DNA of 64,000 nt, from the NCBI GenBank assembly GCA_965649825.1, contig OZ287713.1:239487-303486 (forward strand). Reading direction: 5' to 3'. The stretch comes from Penicillus capitatus. Its lineage: Eukaryota; Plantae; Chlorophyta. Below are positions 37,701 to 49,700 of the stretch, one piece after another (the stretch's first letter is position 1; every line of letters begins with the position of its first letter). The notes under the pieces were generated by a model. That model saw only the letters and a program-made list of their open reading frames with translations. It did no database searches and was not told the origin of the DNA. The position numbers and the translations under genes were made by a program.

Positions 37701-40700
37701 CGATGGGGAAAAGACAGTGCTCGACAGAGAGAGAACAGAAGAAGAGTTTGAAGACTGGCAAGACAGTTTCAAAGCTCTCATTGATCAGCTGAACATCTCT
37801 ATGACAATCTTAGAAGCCAATAGCTTTGATAAGATCTTCCTGCAACTCAGGGATCGATACTTCGACTTCTTGCAGACAGAAGCCATGGATAAAATACATC
37901 CAGATAGTTTCAAAGGTGGAAAGGATGCCAGTGCCTCGTCCTGTGGACCCATGTCGGAGAACGGATCGGATAACGAGAGACTGATCAATGTTGTCTCTGA
38001 TCTGATAGCTGGGTATGAAGATCTCTGGATCAGAGCCCGAGAATCTACGAACAAAGCAGTGATGGACGACGCTGCTGCGTCACTTAACACACTGAGAGCG
38101 CGCGACAACTCATCCGAAATTAGCAAAGCTGTTTTGGCCAAGTATCAGAGTCAGCTCAGTAACCTCAATGCCGAACTGAATCAATCTGCGTCAGAAAAAG
38201 AAGATGCTCGGCATTTCCCTGTTGTATCCAAAGAGTGCGACGTCTTTGTGCGAAATCTTGCTATCTGTCTGCAAAACTGTGATTTTTCATTCGTTCCTTT
38301 GAGGATATCTCCTGCAGACGACCCAGTTAGAAATCCACACAAGGACTTCATTTGCCGAGTCGCTGATTGCACTGATCGAGCAAAGAAGTCAATTCAGATT
38401 CTGACACGGATGGCTAAGAATACTGCCTTTCATGCGCGTTTGCAGAAGAGCATTGATGTTTTGCGAGGATACGATTTCGAAGATAGCTGTGCCAACAAGA
38501 GAGAGGTGCTGGAAGAGCTTTCAGACTTGGGTATCTTTCATGGCCCTTTGTCCATTCGATTGAAATTCCGTGCGTCCGACTCTGACAGCTGCAACGAGCT
38601 GGTCCAAGCTGCTGTGGTCGAATTACTGAACGTTAAAGCAGATTTCATTCTTAAACAACAAAAAAAGATGTTTCAACCAATCTACATAGAAGAAGTGGAA
38701 AACGCAGTGAATGACATTACACATCTGAGTACAGTAGACGACTCCTGTCCAATGTTTATGGCTGATCCTGTCTTCGATACCTTGCGGAGACTCAGCAAGA
38801 ATCTCTCATCCTGTCTGGACGAATCTGCTGTGATGGCCAACGTGGCATCCTCCTTTGTTTGTCCTGGACTGTCGGTAGAAGACATCGTTGTTCTCTTCTG
38901 TGCAAACTTCAACAGAATACAACATACATTGATGGATTATCGAGCTGACAGGAACCTGGACATTGCTTCTGACGATCCTATACGGCACATGCGTCGACGA
39001 GGCCGCCTAGTGTCCTATGCTTACCAGAGGGATGCTGAAGTCACCTTTATCTTTGCCGACATTGTAGAAATCATCGAAAAAGCTGTCGTATCCATTCTCA
39101 CTTTCAATTGGGAATCAGAACTCGCATCACAGTCGGATGTGTGCAAAAAGGCGACGAAGGAAATAGTGATCGGCCTACAGTTCATTGCGCTGTCCGTTCT
39201 GCTGACCAAACAGGATTTCAGTTTCTTGTCATCGTTCTTGCTGTTGTCGGATTCAGTAGAAGAACAGAAAAATGTAGACAGACTGAAGAATGAACATCAG
39301 AATGTCACTGCCAAGCTAGAAGCCAAAACCAACGAGCTGAAAGAAGTGCGGGAAGGAGGAGGACTTTTTGATCCTGTCTCAAATCCAGGCACAGTGGCCA
39401 GGAACCCTCAACCTTGCTACAATGCACATCATCTATCCATTGAAAGAGAAATCGATGTGTTAGAGACATTAAAGATCAAAGTCGAAAAACAGATGATGGA
39501 GGCGGAGAGCCAACTCCAGCCTCGGCGGATTGAGATCTGTAGGCAGCTGTCCTCAGACCTTCGGATACTGTTGCTGACAGGGTTGCGTTGTCTCAGCCGT
39601 ATTTTTCGATATGATACCAAACATTTTGAAAGTTACTTGGAGACGAACAGTGAAAGCGCTGCTCATTATGCTTTATTCATTAAAAATGCCACCAAGGCTA
39701 GCACCACGATTTTCAGAGATATGGCTGGAATCAACCCAGACTTGGTTGTCAACCTCGAGCAGTGTTGTCAAACGCTGGATAAATTTAAGAAAGAACGTCT
39801 TTCTTGCCTGAACACTGGAGATCCTTTCTGCAATGCTCTGCAGTCTCTCTGCACCGTTGCCTCCCTTGGAGCCAGACGTATCATGCAGCTCATTTCTCCC
39901 AACATCGTCCAAGAATCCACAGACATGCAAGCCATTGCATCTTTGGAAAAGAGATCTGCTGATGGTTTTGATGCTCTCAGTAACGCATGTATCGGCCACC
40001 CTATTGATGAAGACACAATCAAGAAAGCATCTGAAGATGTTTTGAAGATTCAAGAAGATCTTCGACGTCTTAGAGGCGACAATGCACAGAACAAAGCACT
40101 GAGTTCCGCCCTGGAATATGCAGAAAACACAGTGCAACGAGTTGTTGGATACTACAATGCACATGTGGACGCACAGAATCCAGTGATCTGGTATAGAAAT
40201 GCCATAAAGGACGGAAGACTTCCTCCCTTGTGCTCGGTCGAGAACAGCAGTTTCCAGCAGGATTTAGATCGCTTACCTTCTCTTTGGAAAAGCTGCTTCG
40301 ATGCAATCAGATCTGCTATAGACACCAGCGCTTTGACTAATCCTTTCCAGCTGCTCTCTTTGATGGAGAATCACATCTCCGCGAATGCTGATCTGTACCA
40401 ATGTGTATCCTGTTATGGCAATCTCTTCCTTAAGAGTATGACAAAAATGCACAAGGTAGTGCACAATCCGGCGGTGCACATCTTTTTTCCGTACGACACT
40501 TTCGTTCTGCCGCGTCTAAAACCTTGCTGAACGACGGTGCCCGCACGCACGAAAGCGAACGATGCAGCCCTCAGGTTCTCAGTCCGGAGGTCCTGACACC
40601 GCCCCCGACCCGGTGCGCACGGCGGTGGCGCAGGCCGCGAACACGGTCCGGTACCGGCGCGACCTGCGCCAGTCCCCTGAGGTACTAGAAGCCATGAGCA

Positions 40701-43700
40701 AGAAGGAGCTCATACTCGTCAACACCGCCCTCCAAGCCTGCCCAACGCACATCGCCGCGACCGTGGACCCAGCCACGCTAATCTCCAAGATCAACGCTTA
40801 CCTGGCGGCCCATGAGGAGAAGGACAAAGCCCAGCTGCGCCTAGTACGCCGACTCGAGAACCTCCAAAACCAGCTTCTCCTGGCACCTGAAGCCCCAGAC
40901 CTGCCCGAAAGGGACACAACCCACACGGCGTCTCTCTGTCGATCAAGACACTCGGTGCCACCGAATGAATTCCTCAGAGCACTCTCAGACGACATACGCT
41001 CGGCTACCTCGCAGATCGAGATTATTGCCTCGCCACTCGTACCCAAGGAGAATATGTACGCCCCCAGATTCTCCCAGGCTCTCTCCATGCTGCACGAGGT
41101 ACACACCTGCATGCTGTTCTACCACTGCATCACGGACTGGACATCGCCCACCGCTCACCCCACGCCCACCGCCCCTGCGGACGGAGTCCCAGCAGCATCA
41201 GTACCCGGAAGCGCGGCCCCTCGATCGTACCGAGATGCCGCCCGCAAGGCCTCGCCCACACAGACCCCTGCACAGCAGCAAAGGAACGCCCAGGCCAGAG
41301 AGCTAAGGAAGAAAACCCAGGAACTCAAAGCGCAGATCCGATGCGATGAGCGCAGCTTCCAGCTGTGCCCAGTGAAATTGAAGGGAGATCGCCCGTCGTT
41401 CCGTCAGCTCGGAATCAGTCTGGAGCGAAAGCTCAAGATCAGGAACCTCAAGGAGTACGTGGAAGACATCCGCACAGATCACGGAGGCCGTTACTACGTC
41501 CAAATCCGCGCGGACCTACGGGAGTCCTTCGAGAAATCGCTTGATCGATGCCTTGAATGCGCCGGTGACTCATGGGATCTGGAACTGGACGACCTGGGTA
41601 CTTTCACTGTCAACAACCCGTATCTCTCGCCCACCAAAGACAAGGTCCCAGTGGTTATCAGCAACGTAGACCTGGACATCGACCCGGAAGACGCCATCAC
41701 TGCCATTGCGGAACAGAATGCATCCCGTTGGAAAATTACGGCCGCAGAACTCGAAGAAGAGCACCTCGCAGCTCCACACCGATTGAATCGCCGAAAACGT
41801 GACTCGGCTGGTCAGCCCCTCCCGGAATGGACACCCAGCAGGAACCTGAAGGTCTTCGTGTCGAAGACTCTCTACGAGCAACTGAAGGACCCCAAGACCG
41901 CGTTCGCCACGTTGGACTACATGGTATTACCCATCCGATCGTTTGCACGGCTCCCCAGCGCCCCCCGAGGAGTTTCCTGACCCACATTTCATTAATCCTT
42001 TCCTGCTTGGCCAACGCTGATCTGCTTCTCTGTTGATCGTCGGCATTACACAGAACAGATGCGCCTTTGATGTTTAACTTTAAAAAGGGCTGTAAGAAAG
42101 ACCAACTTTATTAATCCGGCGGTGCACCACGGATACATGACAGATGAAGAATCTCAACACTTCGAGGCAGTCCTTACTGTCTGTGCCGATCTTTTGAATA
42201 TGGATCTGGTGCATGCAAACCTGTCCGGGGTCAAAGAGATTTTCACAAATTTGGAGAAAAAACTAGGAAACCTGTCAAGCGTGATGACTCGGACGCGCAG
42301 AGATCCGAAGCCATTCTTGGTACAGTACATGGGAGGTTTGTGCAAGCAGTGGTATTTTGAATGTGTTCTTTGCATTACAAGAACTCTACAGAATAAACTG
42401 GATACCGAACAATCCTCTAAGCCTCTAGTTGAACGACTTGTTGCTGCAAGACACGGACAGGGCGATCTCGAATCTGTGTTGAACTTGGCCGATTTTCTGG
42501 ATATACAAGCTCTTCAGGCCACGCTCGCTGAAAAAAGCATGACTACTGTCTTGAAGAAGTTCCCAGATCACGAGATTGAAGTCCTGAAAACCATGGCGTC
42601 TCTTGCATCCCAGTTGTCAGCAAGCGCGGGGCAAAAAATGCTAAAAAGATGGAAAGAGTATCATGCCTTACCTTCCTCGATCGGCATCGAAGCGTTCGAA
42701 ACACTTGCGAGAGTTTCGAAAGATTTGATGAGGACAGATGTTGCGCATCTGCTTTTAAGAGATGCGACCTTGGGTGGCGGCTCTGTCGAACACATGCTTG
42801 AAATAGCAAGTGGCTACTTGGCACATCTTTGCCAAACAGTCTCAAAAGGAATAAAAGAATCCAGCACTGGTCTCATCAAAAAAATCGGAACATGCAGCAA
42901 AAAGGCACAATCGATGCTGCTGGAGCGTAAAAACCACAATGAGGTGTACTTAAACGAAGTTTCGGAACTCCTTTCGACTATAAAGCGAGAAAAAGAAGAT
43001 GCAAAGAAACAGTGGGGGAATGCGTGTAACCAGTACAAGCAGAAAAAGCAAGTACTTGGTCAGCAGTTGGATCAGAAAGCAAAAGAAACGGCAAAGTTGT
43101 ATGCTGAGTTCTGGGGTGAGGTTAATGCAAGCTATCAGAGAGAAATGCAACCGAAATGGTATGCAAATCAGGACTTTGGCTCTGTCTTCCTGGACCTGAG
43201 CAAACGGTTGCAGGAAATTCTGAAAAAACAGAAATTTGTCTGCCAGTACACCGCCGACCAGAAACCCATTGAGCTGGAAGACGTGGGATTGGAACGTGTT
43301 CCATTGATTGTCGAGTTACAATCTTGGGATGTCGATGTTCGTTTCTTTCAGTCAAGAGGGGATACACTCGAATTGAGATGCGAAGGAGGGCTGGGTGGTC
43401 CTTTTTGCTACCACAATCTCCCCCGTCATCATTCGCTCGACAGCCAGAAGTTCGTCGTTTTAGATCCGTCAATCTTTACATTAGTCATCACTGCTTATCA
43501 AGACGGTTCACAAAGTATTTTGGAAAGATTTCCTCTACATCGACTGCATGATTCGTGTGCAATAACGAAACGAACCCGGCGATCGAGAGGATGCCAAATT
43601 GCATTTAGCGCTGTAACACACGAAATGTACGTAAGAAACTCATCCCCACTTCAGATCAAAAGGACACGGAATCCTGTGCGGACAAGTGAAGCCTTCGCTG

Positions 43701-46700
43701 AAGAACTAAACAATCACTTCAAGAATTACAACAATCTTTTCACACAGTTCCGAAATTGCCTGGAGAGCGAAGCAGAATCTCTGCGGTATTCAGAAGAAGC
43801 AAGTCAAACAGTTAAATTCAGTGGAAATGACCGGGTTCTTATGGACAATTCATGGCATATGAGAGCCATGATGTGGGGGAAGCAATTCGCAGAAAACCTT
43901 TCACAAGTATTAGACGATACTTCGAAATGTCTTGAAGTGACGAAGGCGCAAACACAATGCTTGGATGCCATCCGTAAAGGAAGCGAGAAACTGTCTGTTA
44001 TCCTCCATTCTCCTCCAAATGTGTATTCTGATTTCTCTATGAGACTGGTCGAAGAGCTGTCGTTAGCCAGAGTGTCCTCGAAAGAGTTGCCTTTGGTATG
44101 GACTGCCAAAATGCGACACACGCTGGAACAGCTAGAGCTTGACGTCAACGTTCTCCAAACTAATGGAAACGAAGCCAGGCTTAACTTGTTCGAGCTCTAT
44201 GTCACAGTGATCTGTCAGCATGCTATCAGCGTCACCAAAGAAGAAGATCTCAAGATAGTTGAAAACCGCTACCAGGAATGGAAGACTTTTCTCGAGAGAA
44301 ACTTGTCTTTGTTTGACCAAGAGATGCTGCTGAATCGCGAATCGCTTTTGGAAGTGGCATTGTCCATGGGAAAGGCTCGAATAGAATGCATAACACTTGC
44401 GAAGCAGCTCGACAAGAGAATGGAACTCAGCCAAAAACTGGGGACAACCGCGATAGACATTCTCCGTGGAACACAGCTTCGTCACAGTTCTAAGATTACG
44501 ATCTGCGGGGAAGACGGAACGCTGTCGCTGAGCAGTTTAGATTGCGCGGTGGATTTTGGCGTTGTCCTTCATGAGAATGACGTCCTCGCGTCAGATCCAG
44601 GCTCTCATGTCTACGCTGTCGAAGTGGAGAATCGAACCAGTGAATCTATCTGTGTCGATCTCTCTGTACTTGATCCGTCTTCCCAGTTATTCCGCGAGAT
44701 CGGATCAACGACTGCTATGCTTTATGGAAAGACCAGCTGGTACTTCATATTCCACATGGATTCGAACGCCGTGGGCAAGATTACAGAGATGTGGAAGATA
44801 GCATCCGGCGACAAAAGACTGAATGCCAAATTTAAGATGACCATCGAAGTTCAAAGGCTGGCCGTGCAACTGAGTACAGACGCCATTGATTTTGGCACAG
44901 TCACTCCTAAGTCCCAGAATATTAAAAAGACTTTGAGCATCGAAAATGTGACCGACTTTCCTCTCTTGGTCAAGAGTCAAGTGCAGATCAGCCAGACACG
45001 GACTCGGTTCACGATTTCTCCGCAGTCTTTCCACCTGGATGCACGCAGTTCTCGATCGCTGACAGTGACGATCAATTCTGGTAACATGGATGAGAAGATT
45101 GACACTGAAATGATCCTTGGCATCGTCGGCAACATGAAACACATTCCGATCAAAGCTCAAGTCACACAGCCACAGTATGAATTGGTGACAGACACAGGTC
45201 GCGTGATTCAGGAAACGATATTTCGTTTGCCAGTGGTCCCACCAGGAAAGAAAACACAAGCAGCCATTCGTATTCGGAATATAGGAACAGTTCCTGTAGT
45301 CTACCGTCTCACTTGTCTCGCTCCGAGCTCGTCAGCGCTCAAGGTGGTTGGGGGTACTGGCGCTGTTCGTGCTTATGAGACATCCTCTGACATCTTGATT
45401 TCAATGAGAAACCGAGAGTACCTTCTACTGCAGCAGGAACTCAGAGTCCAAGTTGATGGATGCATCGAAAGGGAATTAAGAGTTGAAGGAAAATGGGTGG
45501 AATCAAAGCCACAGTTTCTGAAGAGGAATGTCGACTTCCAAATGCAACCGCTGCATCTGGATGCCATTGCGAAGGGATGTAGATCAGTCGCACTGGAGGC
45601 AGCAAACACAGTTGAAAACAAGGCCGACATCGGTATCAAAATCTATCCCCCCAGCAGTGAACATTTCGCCTTTGATCGGCCATATTATGTCCTCGATCCC
45701 CGCAGCAAAGCAGAAATCAAAATGAGTTGGCAAGTGAGAACTCTTCGAGTGAAGGAATCCACAGTTGTCTTTTGCACTGAGAATCAGAAAAAAACTGAAG
45801 TTCGCAGTGCAGTTGAAGCTGCCTGAGGTTAACGAACTTCAGTTCTTTCCTCGCAATCTTTTCTTTAACCCCCTTGATGTCGGCGACGTGGAGATGAGAG
45901 AACTAAAGATTGTGACGAAGAAGCTTCTTTTTATTAACACGAATCCCGCCAAGGTGGCCCAGATTCAGTCTCTGGCGCTAAAATCAAAAACAGCTGTGAA
46001 GAAAAGAAGCTCCCATAAAAAGGGACCATGGAAATTTGGCTCGGCTGACATACCAACAGAATTTCAACCGAAACACAACAGTGTGGTTACTCAGATCGAA
46101 TTGAAGACTAGCGAGGTTTCAGGCTGGATCGTTGAGACATTGCAGATTCAGTCTGAAGATGATTATCTGGTGGAAGATGACCTGTCATTCTGTCTTCCTC
46201 TGAGATACAACGTTGTTCTCCTGACATACGCGGGACTGGCTTCTTCTGCTGCACAACAGATGATGCAACTGTGTTCAGATTCAAACAGAACGAGTAGGTC
46301 TTCCGGGAGAAACCTCAAGAATTGTCTGCCAAATCTCCATCTTCTCCGGACATTCCAGCAACACGCATCCACTATTCAAGTGCTCTTTCTTCTGATGCTC
46401 TGCGAGATGCAAGTGCTGAAATCTGAATGGACATTGTCCGAAGAGAAGGCAACACATGTTCTCCATAGCAACCCTGAAGAAATCCCGAGAATGTGTGCCC
46501 AGTATGCTGGAGAATCGAGTCAAGAATTGGATGAACTCCCGGGCACCTCTCAAAACATCGAAGAATACTTTGAAAGTGTTCGTGAAATCTTTGATAGTGG
46601 CAACGAGTCGCGTTTGGGAGATTTCTGTCTGCCTTGCGCCATACTCGATGGTCTTACACCTGATCTGCAAAGGATGATGGTCGCCCTATACATGCTACGA

Positions 46701-49700
46701 GCTGACTGTCAAGACGAGCAGCAGTTGCGTGCCTCAGTGATGCCATGCCAGACATGTCAACAGCAGCTCTGTTCCACAAGTTTGGCAGAGAGATGTGGGA
46801 AGGCTGCCAAAAAATAGGACAGACCTTGGAGGAATGCTTCCAACGAGTGAAGCAAATACTTATGCATGACATAAATGAGCGCAATGATTTCTTTGAAGTA
46901 CTGGAGAGTATGATGCAGTGTGCCGATGGGCTTCAAGATCGCAGATCATTCAGCCAAAGAATTGCGGAGAGCTTAACCGAAAGACACCCTATCGCCTTAT
47001 CACAAGTCATTTCGAATTTGATGACACTGAAGACATGGAGTACAGAGGAGATCGACGTGTCTGCCCTCAAACACTTCCTGCTGAATGTGGAGATGAAAAG
47101 AGTGATAGACGGATTGTGCGCCAAAACGCCACGAAGAGTCTTCGATGCATTCTGCACATTGGCCCGAAGTAGAAGCAGTGGATCTGGGAATGTAGTAGTC
47201 CATCATCTCCTAAACGTTCTGTCCACCAAGAAGCAGAACTCTGACAAACCTTTTGTTGTGGTGGACACTCCCACGCATTCAAAGCGTATTACTCGGGTGA
47301 TCCTGGAAAGAGAGAATCTTGAAGACCTTGTGGATCCACTATCAATGCTCCACTCGACTGGTCATATTACGATACAGCAGATTAGACGGCATATCCAACG
47401 TATCGTAATCATGTTGTTCTTTGGACAGCTGGGTGACATTAGCATCCCCACCGAGAGGCTGATATCGCTTAAGGAAAGTGTATTGAAGATCGTGGACAGT
47501 CCATATGACATGAATAGAGTAATCTCCATCGAATTGAGTGACGTACGCAATCCTTCTCGTCAGAAGACCTTCAAGGGTATCTTGTCGAGGATCATGACCC
47601 TCGATGTCATTGTCGAAGGAAGTCATGCACTTATACGTCCACTCAACAGACTGGTTGCAGAATGGTTCGATCTTGAAAACGGCGATGAAGACGAGCAAAA
47701 ACAGAGAGAGCTTCTTCGCAAGAAGGCAAGATCTCTTGAACGGGCTGTTAAAGCGCTCAAGCCTGAGACTCTTTCGAGATCTACCAATCCTTTCGAATTG
47801 GCTGCAAGAGTTCTTCAATTTGTTGCGTCTCTAAAAGGTGTGGGGATTGCGAAACCGGAAGTGTTGAATGGATTGACACATGTGGCAGCAAACTTCTCAT
47901 GGGAAGGCGTTCTTTCTCTCTGCAGAACTCTTGCCCGGGAAATTCCTGGCGTGGACGTGCTGTTTACGGTCCTGGATCTTGTGGAAAAAGATCGAGATGA
48001 CGAAAAGTTGAACGGGGAAATTATCGAAGCAGTCTTACCTGAGGAGACCAATGAATTACTCGTCCACGCACTGAACCAACTCATGAGTGACGCCGTTGAA
48101 GTTGATCAAGTTACCCGCGAAGAGATCTGCAAGATCTACAATGAAGAAGCTTTCGATACAGTCGTTTTATTGCTGAAGATTGCGAAGACAAAAGAATCTA
48201 TCTGCCAAGTGGAAAAAGCAAAGAGAATGACACTCTCTGGACTTCTCGAGATAAAGGCATTCATTGATCAAATTGCATCTTTTGCAAAATGGAGCCAGTA
48301 TAAAAAGAAGAGCGACATCCTGAAAGAAATCTTTTTCAGCTTCTGCACATGTTCCATTTCTGATCGGTTGTCTGAAGAAGCTCTTGTCCTTAGTAAGATG
48401 GCGCTTCTTTTATCATTGCATCGATACACCACTCAGAAATTCTGGAAACAGAAAGAAGCCCTCTATGATACTCGAACTGTGGAACTCAAGTTCGAGGTAG
48501 CGAACGTTCAAGAACCGTCGCATCCAGTTGAGTTCGGCAGTGAGGACGACGATAAAGAAGATGACAATGAGACAGAAAAAGTGGACGACGTTCAACATGG
48601 CGATGCCGCATCACTGGAAAGCAGCAGTACCCCACCAAATGATGGAAATAACAAGAAGTGGTTCTTGCCAGTCAACGTTCCAAGCAGCCAACTGGTTCTT
48701 TTGCCGACAAGTATCTCGCGAGAGTCTGACAGAAGTGGATCGTATAAGACAACGTCAGCCAATCCAACAGTGCCTTCCTCCAGTCTGGTTGTGAGTTCTT
48801 TACAGAGTCTGCAAAGAGTAGAGTCCTCCGTCAAAGATATCGTAAAACAACTCGGGCTTAAAGACTTCTTAAAGAGCGTTGGTAAAGACGGGAGTTTGGC
48901 GATTGTCGGTTTTAGAGAAATCACACATACGCTTGTTCAGCTGAAAGAAACGACTGAGCAGTGGTGTTGCCTTTTTGAGAAGGCCGTCCGCCATTATCAC
49001 ATTCTGAAAAAGAAAGAAAAGACTATTGAAAGCAGAGTTGTTTGTGCAGGAATCAATATTGTTTTTCTTTTCCAGTTCTTGCGAAAATACCTGGATGACT
49101 TTAGCCTTTTCCAGATGCCGGAACCTATGCAACCTGTCTGCCGTACTGTTGTGCATTGTTTAAATGCAATTCCCAGGAAGACACTCTCAGTTGAACTCAG
49201 AAACCTCTTGGAAGAGGCTGGAGCAACAGATGTATTCCATGGATACACTATTGACTTCAGCATGCCTCCAACAAACAACTATCTTTCAAGCTCGCACCCT
49301 GGAAGATCCTCCACCGCCGATATCGCAAGAAAAATGCAAAGACATCAAGCTCCCCGTCTCGAAGTCGTCATGCAAGACGATTCTGTACAACTCCGGGAGA
49401 AATCGAGTTTTTACGATTTCTTGAAGTCTACAGATGCAAAAGGAAGATCTCAGTCAAAAGAACGATGCCCAGTAGTGTTGGAGAAAACAGTGGATATCAA
49501 GATCGACCCAAATGCTCGAATCTTGACACCAGGAGAGAGAAAACGACCTACGGAAGATGCAGTGGATGACGTTAAGGAAACAGGAGCCTTCGAGCTACCA
49601 GAAAATCTGGCGTGGAATGCCATCGGCGTACTAGGACAAACCACTTCTTCCGGGCAAAGAATCCATAAGCTTGAAGACCTCCGTGGAAACCTCGACCTCT

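Noticed and set aside
40456-42143. An ancestral 40-nt intron from GTAGTG (40456) to ACAG (42143)
   Set aside because: The donor is phase 0 and the acceptor phase 1, so the frame would break; the 40436 donor fits instead.
26985-46817. Frameshifts or separate genes at the ORF junctions near 27.0, 33.1, 45.8 and 46.7 kb
   Set aside because: Each is resolved by a phase-compatible short GT-AG intron (27014-27063, 33099-33153, 45800-45842, 46729-46766). One of them splits a Walker A motif, which shows continuity.
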